A stretch of 64,000 bases of DNA, taken from the NCBI GenBank assembly GCA_963823665.1, contig CAWGMQ010000004.1, positions 448,001-512,000 of the forward strand, in the 5' to 3' direction. A program made the position numbers and the translations under genes. Every line of letters begins with the position of its first letter. Position 1 is the first letter of the stretch. The DNA comes from an uncultured Planctomycetota bacterium (lineage in GTDB: Bacteria > Planctomycetota > Planctomycetia > Isosphaerales > Isosphaeraceae). Under the pieces are notes generated by a model. The model worked only from the letters and a program-made list of their open reading frames with translations, was not told where the DNA came from and made no database searches. Positions 1-13,178 of the stretch are shown piece after piece.

Positions 1-3000
1 CTGGCTCTCGGAACGGCGAGCGTCGGCATCGGCATTGGCCTTGCCATCGGCGCGTCGGTTGCAATCAACACGATTTCCGACCAGGTTCTGGCCAATGTCG
101 TTAACTCGACTGTCACATCCGCCGGCGATCTCTCAATCACCGCGACGACGCAGAATAGCACCGATTCTCTCGTCATCGCACTCGCGTTTTCCTTGGGCGT
201 TGCCGGTGCAGCCAGCCTACCGATCCCGATCGGTATCGCCGTATCAGGCGCGGCGCGGCGGCGACCAATCACATCGAAGACACGGTTAACGCCGATGTGG
301 CAGATGGGTCCGCCGTGACGGCGGCAGGGGACATCCAGATCCTCGTCACGGATACCTCAACAGTGACTGCCAGCGTGGCCGCGACCGCCTTGGCGGCCGG
401 CACATTTGCGATCGCGGCCGGCCTCTCCGTCGTGATCAATTCGATCAATAACCAGTTGGCCGCTTACGTGAGCGGCAGCTCGGTCAAGTCCACGGGCGGC
501 GGGCTCACGATGAGCGCCACCGCAACCGAGAGCACGAGCGCCACGTCGATCGGCATCGCGACCGCGCTCGCAATTGGCGCCGCGGCCGCCGGCGCCTCAG
601 CCACTTCGACAATAGGGAGCACAGTAGCGGCCTACGCCAGCAACGCGACGCTGAGCTCCTCAGGCGCCACGCAGATCCTGGCCAGTTCCAGCCTGACTTC
701 CAGTGCGTCGACCGCCGCGGCGAGCGTGGGTGCCGTTGGCCTTGGGATCTCGGCGCTCGTTCCCAGTGTCACGATCGGGGGCTCAACTCTGGCCTATGTC
801 GAAGGGGCCAGCACGGTCAACGCGGCCAACCTGGCTGTTGATGCGACGAGCAACAACCAGGCGAATTTGCCGCTGGGCTTGAGCCTGGCCATCGGCGTTG
901 TCGGTGGCGCGGCGCGGCGCCAGCGCGACGGTCACTCGGATCACCGACGCGTACTTGGGCGCGGAGACGGGCGGTGCCAGCACGGTCATCAACGTGCCGC
1001 AGGGGAACGTGTCGATCGTAGCCACGTCCACATCAAGCGCGACCAGCAATGTCTCGGGCGGTGCGTTCGGCGGAATAAACATCGGTGCATTCTTGAGCAC
1101 CGCGACAATTGACGGTGCGACGCGTGCCTTCGTTGGGCCCGCGGCGCAAGTCAATGCCTCATCACTCGACATCCACGCGTACGCGACCGAAAACGCCGAG
1201 GCCGACATTCTCGCCATCGGTGCCGGTTTGATCGGCGGGACCGGCGCAAGCGCGACCGCCAGCATCACCTCGGTCACCGAAGCCTTCGCGGGCACTGACA
1301 CGGCCTGGACAACCAACCAGCCTGGAGTCGTGCTCGATATCACCAATGCCATCGACATTGTCGCCAATTCGACCGGCACCGCCCATGCGTCGGACCAGGG
1401 GGGCTCTGGCGGCGGGATCGAGGTCACCGCGCTCCTGGCCAACGCGAATGATGACGGGCAGACTCACGCATACATCGTCTATGGTCAGAACAGTACAATC
1501 CAGGCCGGGTCACTGAATGTCGAGGCGGACGGCTCCTTGTCGTCCGACTCGCAGAGCTTTGCTCTTGGGATCGCGCTCATCACGGTGTCAGCGGCCGCGT
1601 CCACATCAACCGTGGGTAGCGGCAGCGACCCGGCAGAGCAGACCGTAGCGGCCTATATCGAGCTCGCACCGAACTTCGACCAGTCCTCGAACGGAGCGAC
1701 CATCAGCTCGCCGGGCGCGATCGTGGTCCAGGCGCACGAGACCCCGCAGGCGAGCGCGGCGGCGACGGGTGTCGGTGCCGGAGCATTCTCCGTCGATGCG
1801 GTAAACAGCTCATCGAATGTCTTCGGCACAACCACGGCCACACTCGGCGACGGAATCACGTTTGCGGCGCCCTCGCTGACAGTTGATGCGGAGCGGCTCG
1901 CCTCGAACGGCCCGACAGCAGAGGCTGAAACGACGGCGGGTGCCGGCGGATTGCTGGGTGCCGTGAACGCCGCCGAGAGCAGTGCCTCGAGCAGCGGAAT
2001 TGTCGAGGCTTCCGCCGGCAATGTGATGCTCATTGGCGGCGACGTCACGATCGAAGCCACAAACGCGAGCGATCAGTCTGCGAGTTCCACCGGCGTCGCG
2101 GCGGGCGGCATCTTCGCGGCCGGCCAGGACGAGGCGACCGCCAGCTCGAGCGTTTCCACTCAGGCCATACTTGGGCCGTCGGCCATGGCGGTCCTCACGG
2201 GCACGCTCCTGGTTCTCGGCGAACGGCACCGACGAGAACGACGCTTCGAGCACTTCCGGCAGCGGAGCCCTCTTCGCGGGCGATGCTGCGGTCGGAAACA
2301 CGAACGACACATCGACCACCTCAGCGAGCGTCGGCGGGCAACTCATCGACGCCGGCACCGTTTCAGTCACCGCCAATAACAATAGCGGGTTCTCGTCCAA
2401 CGTGAGTTCCGTCAACGCCTCGTACGCCGGCGGCAGTGGCGCAAAGGCGAACAACACCGATACCACCGCGGCTAGCGCGGAGGTGTACGGCAACACCAAC
2501 ATCAAAGCGTCGCTGGCTGTGGATATCACGGCGAACAATACCTACACGGAGACCGTCCCACCGGACGGGAACTCCGTTACTGCCGGCGGTGGCGGCGTCA
2601 TCAACGGAAACGCGGCCGATAGTTCCACGAATCTCACGGGCAACTCGAGTGTCACGATCGATGGCAACGTCACGATCGACGTGGAGAACCCGGCAGCCTC
2701 AAGCGGCGGCGCCTCCGGCATCTTCCTGAACGCTTCGAGCGCACTCCAAACACAGGACCTGGTCACCCTGTCGACCGGCGGCGTGCTCGAGGGATCCGGC
2801 ACCAATTCGTCCCTTGTTGCCACACTGAATAACACCGTGGTGACCAGCTCGTCGTCGGCGGCCACCAATGACACCTTCACGACCAACCAGAACATCGGGA
2901 TCGGCACCGACACTCAGGTGAATGCCACGAACGACAGCGAGGCCCATACCTGGGGAATAGCTGCGCGCTCGCCTCCGCCTCCGCCACAACCGTCGTGACC

Positions 3001-6000
3001 TCAAACCAGACTGTCACACTGGGCCCCTACACCACGCTGACGGCCGCACAAGACGTCAACCTCACAGCCGGTGACAACCAGACTCCAGGGGTCACAAACA
3101 GCACAATCATCGATGGTTCGTCCAATGCGCAGTCGTACGTTCGCGGCTTGATCGGTATCCCCATCGCCCACGCGACCACCACCCTCACCACCAACGCGAC
3201 GCTCAAGGTCGCCGCGAACGACGTGATCCAGAGCGGGGAGAACACAAATCTGGCAGCAGACACCGGCACCCCCGTCGCCACGGCGACGGGGATCGGCCAT
3301 GGTTATGAACTCTACTTCATCCCGGTCACGAACGGCAGCAGCTCAGCTAGCGCGCCGACCAGCTCGACGGTGACCATGAACGGCACGGTCACGGCCGGCA
3401 TCTTCCACACGCTCAACATCACGATACCCGACAATCAGAGCGCGAAGGACGGCTTCTTTAGCGACGACGTCAGCGTAAACGGCAGCGCGCCGGCCTCCGT
3501 CAGCACCGCGACCCTCGTGAGCAACCCTAACACCGTAACCTTCACGGCCAGCTTCGATCCGAGCTTCAACCCCTACAACACCATCGTGGCCGCCGCGGCC
3601 GATGGAGAGTTTCCCGACACGGGCGAGGCCGCGTTCGACGAGGACGCCGTTCACGACGGGTCGGTCGGGGCCATGGTGCTCGGCACGCTGTTCGCCGCGG
3701 GCGGCGACGTGACGGTGAACGCCGGCACCCTAGAGGGCAGCACCGGCACCATCACCGCCTACGGCGGGCCCACGATCACCGTCACCAACAACAGCCCCGA
3801 TTACCTCGTCCTCGACTCGCTCAACATCCCGGACGAGCCCGGCGGCAATGTCGTCTACACCGGCGCGGCGACTGCCGCGGCGACATCGATGCTCGTCAAG
3901 CAGTTTGGCGCGGTGCGCGCCCCGTCGTGAACATCCAGGAACTATACGCCCTTCCGGTTCCTTCTTCTACGGACTCGACCATGCCAGGGCCGTCCGTGTT
4001 CGTGACCGCCACGATGGACACCCAGGGTAACGTCACGCTCGACCCGAGCGGATCTGTGGACAACCAGGGCGGTCAGGTCGCGATCACCGTCACGGACGGG
4101 TCGTTGATCCAGGCGGGTAGCCTGAGCGCAAATCAGGTAAACATCAGCACCAAGAAGGGCGTCACCGCGCTCAGCAACCCGACCGGGCTCTCGGCCAACG
4201 CCGGGACGCCGGCTACGGACTGGGATTCCGCCATGTACTGGCCGGACGGTTACGACCCCTACACCGACGCCGCCATGCCCTCGGACCTGGCGAGCGTCTA
4301 CGTGGCCTTTGTGGCCAACGCCATGTTCAACTCGGGCGGCCAGTATGGCACCGACCCCTCGGATATCGGGAACGCCCCTTCCAGCAAGACCGACCGAGGG
4401 ACCGGCACCGGCGACCTGGGCTTCACCGAATACCTCATCGGCCATCTCGGCCAGACGCCCCCTTACTCCTTTGACGAACCCGGAGGGCCTGGTGAGCCAA
4501 TGACGCCGCAGCTTTCCGGTGGGGCCCCGGAAGCGGGCACCAGCCTGGAGTTCCTCGGCGCCACCACCGGGGATGCTAATGCGGTCACCCCGGCGGAAGC
4601 GTCCTCCGAGAGCCCGGTCGGTGACAACTACCAGTTTAGCGGCTCTTCTGGATACGGCGAGATGCCCGTGGTCCCCGTCGAGCCAGTGGGCGCCACGACG
4701 GCGGACTACCAAACATCCATCACCGGCTCGCTGACGAGCGGATCGACTGTGGTCACGGTGCCCAGCAGCAGCAGTACGACGGGGTTGTACACCGGCGAGT
4801 ACATCAGCGGCACAGGCATCCCGATGGGGACGACGATCAATCTCAGCAGCGTCGGCTTTATCAGCAATGAATTTGCCGGATCGGCTGTGGTTCTAGTCAG
4901 CGCCACGTTGCCGCTGTCCGTGGGAGAGACCATCACGGGGACCGGCTTCCCGTCCGGGACGACGATCGTGTCTATATACAACCAGCTTCTTGGGTCTGAA
5001 GACCTTCAGCTTTCTGCGCCTGCGCCCTTCACTGGTAACGAGACCCTCGTCGCCACCTCCCTGAGACTTTCAGCGCCCGCGACGGTCACCGGTGTCGAGA
5101 ACCTCACTGTTCGAACCGCCAGCGCGTTGAGCGCCGACGCGGTCTTCATCAACGCCTTGTACGTCGACGTCAACGAGCCGATCAATGTCGGGCAGCCCAA
5201 CAACGATTCGCTCGTTCTGGCGTCGACGCTCGACGGCGACATCGCCACGGACCAGACGCACTACAACAACGGCATCTACTCGTTAGTGGCGGGCGATGCC
5301 CGTGGATACTACACCCTGTCCGCGTCCACGGTTTTGCCAGACGACTCGCAGATTACCGCCCAGTACGACGCGATCACCGGGCGGATCATCGTCAGCGACG
5401 TGAGCGCCGCCTCCGGCGGCTTCATCTCGCTCGATGGCGAGATCATGAACACCAACACGTTCGGGGAGCTCAACGTCAACTCCGACCTCGGCCAGGTGAC
5501 AATCGACAACTTGACGAGTTACCCGATCGTGGTGAACAACGTGTCCGCCAGCAAGTCGACGACTTCGACCACGCTGAGCGGGGTCGATATCATCGATACG
5601 AAGCAGCCCGCTGCCACCGAACAGACGTTGCTCGTCTACCAGCCGGGCAACGTAATCGACGAGTACCTGGGCACGGCCGGTCAGACCGAGCAGCAGTTGG
5701 AACAGGGCTCGCCCGTTGCCGTGATCCAGGGGAGCTCGACATCCTACGCCCCCTTGGCCGGCCTACGCTGGGAGTGGCAGTTGCAGACGACCCTCACACG
5801 GTCATCAATTTCCGGGGGATTGGGCCCGTGGGGCTTTGCCTCGTCCTTGGTTGACGGCGAGAACAACGATAACAATCCGTGGTACTACCTCGATGCGAAC
5901 GGTAACCCCACCCCCGCTGACGCCACTGGGACGAGCAGCACCCCGTTCGGCCAACTGGTGACGGGTAGCGACTCCGACCCTGCTTTCGAGGAATCGATCA

Positions 6001-9000
6001 GCGGGAGCGTGCAAAATTGGTTTGCGATTTTGGGCGCTTACGGCAACGGGCAGTTCGGCTCCGCCCCGACCGACCCGGCGGTGAAGGATGACAACGGCAA
6101 TACACTTGACCCCTGGGCCTTCTACTTCCCCATGGATGTCGACCTCACCCTGACCGAGTCGGTCAAGGCGGACAACCCCATCGGCATCGATTTCTCCGGC
6201 CCGGACCAGGCCACGGTCACCATTACCTCGGACACGCCGGTGATCCTGGCGGGGAACATCGCCAATCCACTCGGTAACACGACGATCACGGCCCCCAGCA
6301 TCACCCAGGAACCGACCGCCACCCTCACAACCAACAACCTCACGCTCACCGCGACCGGCGGCGTCGGCACCGCGGCCCAGCCGCTCGACGCCAGCCTGAC
6401 GGCGAACGGGGAGCTGAACGTCAGCGCCGGCAGCCAGGGCGCGTACTTGAACCTGGGCTCCGGGGCACTGCTCGGCAAGGTGAGTGCCGGCAAGGCCTCG
6501 ACGGGTTACGGTGACGTCGTCCTGACCGCGACCAATAGCCTCGCCGTGGCGCCCGGCCTGCCAAGCGGGACCGTCAACGTCACCGGCAACAACATCACGC
6601 TCACTTCCACGGAGGGCGCCATCGGAACGGCGGCCGCGCCGCTCGCGATCCAGGCGTACGGCGTAGTCAACGCCTCCGCGCTCTTGGACATCGGCCTGAA
6701 CCAACAAAGCGGCACGTTCGAGGTCGGCCAGATCATCTCGATGAGCGGCGACGTGACCATCGATCCGGCCGATTCGCCGATCGAAAGCGCCAGCGGAACC
6801 ACGTGGGCCAGCGAAGTCGGCGACGCCCAGAGCCAGCAAGTCTGGCAGGATTTGAGCCTGACGAATCCATCCGGCGCCGTACAGGAGACGGTCGCCGCCT
6901 TCCAGGTCCAGGTCAACGCCACTTACACGGCGTACTGGCAACTGATCGACAACGGCAGCGTACAGATTGGTGTGTTCGTCCTGAACACCCAGGGCCTGGC
7001 GCTCTACGCCGGCCGGGCAGGCCTCTCCCTGAGCCCGACCATCACCAACCCCACCGACGCGCAAGTGCAGACGTTCGCAAATACCCAGTACCAAAACTAC
7101 GTCACCTTCTTCAACCAGAACCTCGCTTCGAACTGGGCTTCCTCGGCAGACTTCCAGACGTTTAACCCGTCGTTCAGTTACGTGGCAACCCCACAACAGG
7201 TGTCCGACTTAAGCAGCAACGCCGCCTGGACCGCACCCCAGCTCATGAACCCGATCGCCCAGGTGGCATTGAACCCCGCAGCAGGCGCACCGGTCGGCGT
7301 CTTGACGCCAAACATCTCCGGCATGAACGTGACACTCGTGGCAACCGGAAGCAGCGGAAGCATCGGCCAGACCGGCTCATCGACGTTCATTTCGACGGCG
7401 GACTTGCAGTCGGGTACGCTCACACCCACCGAGAGTGCGGCGCTCGCGAGCGCGTCGGCCACCCGCGACGTGTTCCTGGTAGGCACGGACGGGCAAGGCA
7501 ACACCGTCATCGTCCCATACGGCCAGCAACCAGCGAGCTTCACGTTCACCGGGATCGAGGTTGATCCGAATCAGCAGCTCTTTATTTCCGCCACCGGAAA
7601 TCTCGCTCTGACCGCTGGATCAACGATCACCGTTCAAGCCACTTCCCAGGATCTGACGCTCAGCCAGGTAACCGCCGGCGGAACAGTGAATATAGCTGCC
7701 CAAGGAAGCATCCTCAGCGGCGGCCCGACCACGACGATCACCACGCCTGGAGACCTTGTTCTCAAAGTCGTCACAGGTACGGTGGGTTCACCGACCAACC
7801 CCCTGAACGTGCAGCAAGTCGACGGCTCGATCTTTGTGTATACGTTACCGAACCACGCGTTTCTCACAGGTGGTGCGACGACCAGCCTGACGATCACCTC
7901 CAGCACTGCCAGTCCGTCGACCTACGGCAGTTTGGTGACGTTCACGGCCACCGTCAGCGACAGTGGTGCCGGCGTGCCGACAGGCACAGTCGCGTTTTAT
8001 GCCGGGGCGACCTTCCTCGGCCAAGGAACTTCGCTCAGCGGCACTGGCAACGGTGCGACCTCGACGTTTACCACCTCGACCTTGGCCGCGGGCACCTATC
8101 CGTCGATCGTCGCCGTCTTCACTCCGGCCGGACATTTTGCAGGCAGCTCAGACAGTCTAAGTCTCACGGTCAATCCCGCGCCCTTGACGATCACGGCCAG
8201 CAGCACAACCAAGACCTACGGGCAAACGGCCACCTTCGCCACGACGGCGTACACCGAAACCGGACTGGTGAGCGGCGACTCGATCACTGGCGTGGCCGAA
8301 TCCAGCACCGGAGCGCCGATGTCCGCGACCGTGGGCACCTACGACATCGCTCCCTTCGCCGCGGCGGGAACTGGTCTCAGTAACTACACGATCGCCTACG
8401 TAAACGGCACGCTGAGGGTCAACCCTGCCTCCTTGACCATCACGGCCAATAACGACAGCAAGACGTACGGAACGCTAAAGACGTTCAGCGCCACAGCAAT
8501 CAGCGCGAGCGGTCTCGTATCCGCCAATGGCGACATGATCACCGGCGTAACCGAAAGCAGCACCGGGGCACCCGTATCGGCGACGGTGGGCAACTACGAC
8601 ATCGTGCCCAGCGCCGCGATTGGAATCGGCCTGAGCAACTACATCATCACCTATGCCAATGGCACTCTGACGGTCAACCCGGCCCCCTTGACCATCACCG
8701 CCCTCAACGATAGCAAGATCTACGGCACGCTGAAGACCTTCGTCGCAACGGCGTTCACCGAGACTGGCCTTCTGACGTTCCACTGGGACAACATCACCGG
8801 CGTGACCGAGACCAGCACCGGGGCGCCAGTGTCAGCCACGGTGGGCACCTATCCCATCGTCGTTAGCGCCGCGACTGGTGCGGGGTTGAGCAACTACATC
8901 ATCACCTATGTCAATGGCACTCTGACGGTCAACCCGGCCCCCTTGACCATCACCGCCCACAACGATAGCAAGATCTACGGCACACTGAAGACCTTCGTCG

Positions 9001-10460
9001 CAACGGCGTTCACGGAAGTCGGCCTGGTGACGGCCAACGGCGACACCATCACCGGCGTCACGGAGAACAGCACAGGGGCGCCAGTGTCAGCCACTTTGGG
9101 CACCTATCCGATCGTGTCCAGTGCCTCGACTGGGACAGGTCTCGCCAACTACACCATCACCTACGTCAACGGCACGCTGACGGTGAACCACGCGCCCTTG
9201 ACCATCACGGCCAACAACGAGAGTAAGCCTTTCGGTACGGTGGAGGCCTGCAGCCCGACGGCGTTCACGGAAGTCGGCCTGGTGACGGAGAACGGCGACA
9301 CCATCACCGACGTGACCGAGACCAGCACCGGAGCGCCGGCGTCGGCGCCCGTGGGTACCTATCCCATCGTCTCCAGCTCCGCGACCGGGAATGGTTTGAA
9401 CAACTACACCATCACCTACGTCAATGGCACGCTGACCGTCAACCAGTCGATCATCGTTCTCGATCCCACGGCCAGCGGAGCACTTTTCCTCTCGGGAAAT
9501 GCCGCCATCTCGCTCGCCGGCGGAGTCTTCGTAGATTCAAGCTCGTCGAGCGCCGTGTCGGCTAGCGGCAACGCCAACGTCCAAGCGTCAGTGATCAAAG
9601 TGCACGGCGGCGTCCAGAAGACCGGCAACGCAAGCTTGAGCCCGGCGCCGATCACGAGGGCGGCGCCATTAGCCAACCCGCTGTCGGGCCTGCCGCTTCC
9701 GAGCACATCAGGACTGACGAATTACGGCTCCAAATCTCTGAGCGGTAATTCGTCGGCGACCATCAACCCCGGCATCTATAGCCAGATCAACGCCTCAGGC
9801 AACGCCAAGCTCACGATGAATAGCGGCCTCTATATCATCGAGGGAGGTGGCTTCAGCATCTCCGGCAATGCGAGCGTCACCGGCTCCGGAGTCACAATCT
9901 TCAACGCGGAAAGCAAATACCCGACTATTGTCGGCAACTACGGCAGCATCAGCCTGAGCGGGAACGGCACCTTCAACCTGAGCCCGCCCACGACCGGTAC
10001 GTACGCGGGCGTCCTGATCTTCCAACCAGCGGACAACGCCAGTCGTCTCTCGATCAGCGGCAACGCCTCGAGTGTGACCGGCGAGATCTACGCACCGGCC
10101 GCCCAGCTTTTCGAGAGCGGCAACGCCCAGATGAGCGCCTCGATCGTTGTCGATACCTTGACGATCAGCGGGAACGGGATCCCGAGCGGTACGGTGCAGA
10201 ACGCGTCCGCCGCAACGGTAGTTTACACCCCGGCCCCGATCCTGGCCGCAAACGGAATGGGCACACCGGGCAGCGGCTTCATCGGAGCCCTGAGCCCCGT
10301 TGCCAGCCTCGCCACGAGCGCCGAAGAGTACCAGGCTGTTGTCTCCCCAATGGATCGGCGGAACCTTTACGCGGAAGCACTCATCCTGGGAAGGCCCCGG
10401 AGGGGACTGGTGGCAGACTCGGTCGTGGACGATTTGGCCGCCAGCCTGCTCTTGCCATGA
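1..10460 (+). CDS. Giant secreted/surface adhesin-like protein (>3400 aa, 5' end outside window), split by about 5 frameshifts; beta-helix-like A/G/S/T-rich region, Ig-like (Big_3-like) domain, 5 MBG-like repeats, SGNA-rich C-terminal domain
   Basis: ORFs 297-1112, 898-2379, 2033-2998, 2995-3930 and 3927-10460 have continuous, compositionally identical Ala/Gly/Ser/Thr/Asn-rich sequence that switches frame near ~250, ~915, ~2220, ~2965 and ~3915. Contains 'STYGSLVTFTATVS...PTGTVAFY' (Big_3-like) and 'VNPAPLTITA..SK.YG' (MBG-like). Confidence 0.8.
8169..9444 (+). repeat. Five tandem MBG-like domain repeats (~255 bp / 85 aa period)
   Basis: V(N)PAPLTITA...YVNGTLT units begin at ~8169, 8418, 8673, 8928 and 9183. 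Confidence 0.9.
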
Positions 10461-10731
10461 GGTCAAGACGAGAACGCACCCGCCGGCGTTCCCGCTCTCC
10501 CGCCGACCGGGGCCAGCGTTGCTCGGGACGCGACGGGCCCCGGTTTGCCGCACGATCAGAACGTTCCCTTCGAGGCGGCCCCGGCGGGGCTGATTGTTGC
10601 GTTCCCTGGTTGACATTTCGTTGCGGCACGGAGCGAGGTTGATCGTTATCCTATCGTGAACAGGCGGTCCGCAACAGCGGACCCAACAGGTTCGCGAGCG
10701 AGCTGCGCCGCGGATTGACTTGAGGTGACCC

Positions 10732-10995
10732 ATGGAGAATGAACTGAGCCAGAGTGCGAAGAAGGTCCAAGATCGGCTCCGAGAGCTTGGGGTCTCGCTG
10801 ATCGTGAAGGAAATGCCGGCGACGACGCGAACGGCCAAGGATGCGGCTGCGGCTATTGGTTGTGCGGTTGATCAAATCGCGAAGTCACTCGTCTTCCGAA
10901 CGCAGACGTCGCGCCGGCCTGTGCTGGTGATTGCCAGTGGATCGGTACGGGTGAACGAACAGCGGATCGGCGAGCTGGTGAACGAGCCTGAGTCA
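10732..10995 (+). pseudogene. ybaK: YbaK/EbsC (aminoacyl-tRNA deacylase) family, C-terminally truncated
   Basis: 'TTRTAKDAAAAIGCAVDQIAKSLVF...PVLVIASGSVRVNE' is the YbaK N-terminal half. Similarity stops at ~aa 88, exactly where the convergent gene's stop lies (10993); no GGVPP motif. Confidence 0.8.
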
Positions 10996-12138
10996 ATGGA
11001 GTGCGGTCGGCTTGCGCCGGGTAGGGGCTGCGGCGAGGGAATACGTCTTGATCCGGCCGTCCTCGGCCGCGGTGAAGACGGACTGGCCGTCGGCTGAGAA
11101 GGTCGGCGGCGTTGGCAGCAGGCCGCCCGGCACGTCCGCTGTCGATGCAGCCACCTCGGTAATCACGGGCTTTCGTGTTGTCTGCTCAAGCGAGAGAGCG
11201 GCGACGGCCAGCCGCCACGATGGCTCGCCGCGCGCCCGCGTCAAGTATGCAAGCGTGAGGCGGCCGGAGGGGGAGACCGACACGCTCGGCAACCGCTCAA
11301 CCACCGGACGACCCTGGGCCGAAGCGAGCGCCGGCTGGGTGAGCCGGCCGGCGGACAAGATCTCATCGCCGGATTCGGACATCTCGAGCCACCAGATCTG
11401 CGATGGCTCATTCCGTGGCTTGCCCCCGACGTCAGTCTGCAGGGTGAGCGACACGAACACAAACGGTCGCAACGGCTTGTCGGCAGGCCAGACCGGGTCA
11501 GCGATAAACACACGGCCGGATCCCGGGACGGCGCATCGCCAGGTTACCGGATAGGGCGCGGCGGACCGCGAGGAACTGGTGTGGATTTCGCCGTCTACCG
11601 TCGTCCGCGCATTCACCTTCACGTTTCCATCGTGCGTCAAACGGCAACGATGAAGCTGGCCGTCACCGGTGGGGAAGAGAAGATCGCCGGGCCTTCCCGG
11701 AACCCAGCATGGCTTTCCCGTGGGCAGGACATCGAGATCGATGCTGCGGATGATCGTCGCGTCGGAAACCCGGAATAACCCCAGGCCGTAGAACGATTGG
11801 TCGCCGAGGACGCCGGGCCGGCTCCATCGCCCGACCGCTTCCAGGTTGCCGTCCTGGTCGCGCCAGGGCGAGACCGTCACGAAACCCCAGGTCGCATCCT
11901 GCGGCAGCGGCAGGGGCTGCGCCTTTCCCGTCGATCGATCGACCAGGCGATACTCTTCGACGCAAGTGAGCTGGGTGCGAGAGACTCCAACCGCCTCGTG
12001 AAGCGCGGGCTCGGGCAAGAAGAAGTGCGTCTCCTCGGCCGGACGCAGATTGCGCCGGCAGACTCCGACGCCCAGAGCCAGAAAGGTCCATCCGATCAAC
12101 ACCAAGCCAAACAGGCGAACCATGTTCATGAGATTCAT
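10993..12138 (-). CDS. Hypothetical exported/membrane-anchored protein, possibly beta-propeller-like
   Basis: 381-aa ORF with N-terminal hydrophobic helix; C-terminal 'PTFSADGQSVFTAAEDGRIKTY' resembles a WD/TolB-like blade. Confidence 0.65.
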   Translation of the reverse strand: MNLMNMVRLFGLVLIGWTFLALGVGVCRRNLRPAEETHFFLPEPALHEAVGVSRTQLTCVEEYRLVDRSTGKAQPLPLPQDATWGFVTVSPWRDQDGNLEAVGRWSRPGVLGDQSFYGLGLFRVSDATIIRSIDLDVLPTGKPCWVPGRPGDLLFPTGDGQLHRCRLTHDGNVKVNARTTVDGEIHTSSSRSAAPYPVTWRCAVPGSGRVFIADPVWPADKPLRPFVFVSLTLQTDVGGKPRNEPSQIWWLEMSESGDEILSAGRLTQPALASAQGRPVVERLPSVSVSPSGRLTLAYLTRARGEPSWRLAVAALSLEQTTRKPVITEVAASTADVPGGLLPTPPTFSADGQSVFTAAEDGRIKTYSLAAAPTRRKPTALH

Positions 12139-12643
12139 CAGTGTTTCATCCTCATCGTCATCGCGGCGGGAATGGCGCCCACCACCAAGTGGGGCGTTTC
12201 ACAGGAGCAAGGTGATCCTCATCGAATCAAGAGGAGCGCCGATTGTTGGGGAATTCGGCGAGGAGGATCAGTCGCGACGCAAACTCATGCCGGCGAAGGT
12301 GTTTGCCAGCCAGTCCCGAGGGAGGAAGGTCGGGAGGCGTCGATTGTCTGTGCACAGTTAGTGCAAGTCTGAGGCCATCGCGTTCACAAACCGTCACAAA
12401 AGGCGGAAATCGGTCCGCGGCGCGCTTGGACGACGATCGACTCAAGACGCGTTTGACTAATGAGTTCGGACTCATCGGCATAACGCGTCGCTGGTTTCGA
12501 ATTGGAAGCATGCTTGGTGAGGTCGCCGGGCATTGGATGTCGATGATCCGGGCACTCTGCCGCGCGAAGCTGCATCCGCGGCGATCGAAGTGGGTTTTCG
12601 GGATTCTGGGAAGACGCGTCAAGCGATGAGGCGAGCGCCAGCG

Positions 12644-12669
12644 CGGCTCGGCGGGAGCCTCGCACTCCC
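12644..12669. repeat. Planctomycete REP-like intergenic repeat (CGGCTCGGCGGGAGCCTCGCACTCCC)
   Basis: Resembles the abundant planctomycete repeat whose minus strand translates as EGEAPAEP. Single copy here; recognised from memory. Confidence 0.55.
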
Positions 12670-13178
12670 GAAATCGCGAAACGCCGTTTTGCGGTCGACG
12701 ACGTGGGGCGCATGGGAACACGTCGTGTGGGACCGAGTGCGAACGTGCTCTGGCGAGATTTTTGCGTTGCTGGATTGCAGAGACGCAATAGCTGATCTCG
12801 TTCTCAAACACGAGCGGACGAAAAACCCCAGAACCGCCAACGAGGTCGCGGGGTGCTGCGCACTCTGCCCCGCGGTCGTCGCGCGTCCAGCAGTTGCTGT
12901 GATACTTGCCGACCTCGCTCGCTAGTAATTCGGTCTGAGCCCGTCATACAATCGACGGAGTCGCGCGTTCAGCACAACACCCGATGCGAGGCGGGCAGCC
13001 TGCGATGGCTTTCACGTGCCGGCCGGCAATCTCGGCAGTGCGAGGTCGATCCATGCCCGGCGTTGTTCGGCAAACCGTAGCTTGATCCAAACGATCATCA
13101 CAGTCCGCGGGGACGAGCCGCTGTGGCCTGCCGGCATGGTTTGCCCCACGTTGTACCGACCAGGTTTGGAGCCTTGAC

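Noticed and set aside
240..3930. Programmed frameshifting or phase variation in the adhesin
   Set aside because: No slippery homopolymers or SSR tracts; too many shifts; more likely sequencing indels.
12140..13178. Short ORFs or structured RNA in the 1-kb intergenic region
   Set aside because: No recognisable protein or riboswitch motif; only a REP-like repeat is supportable.
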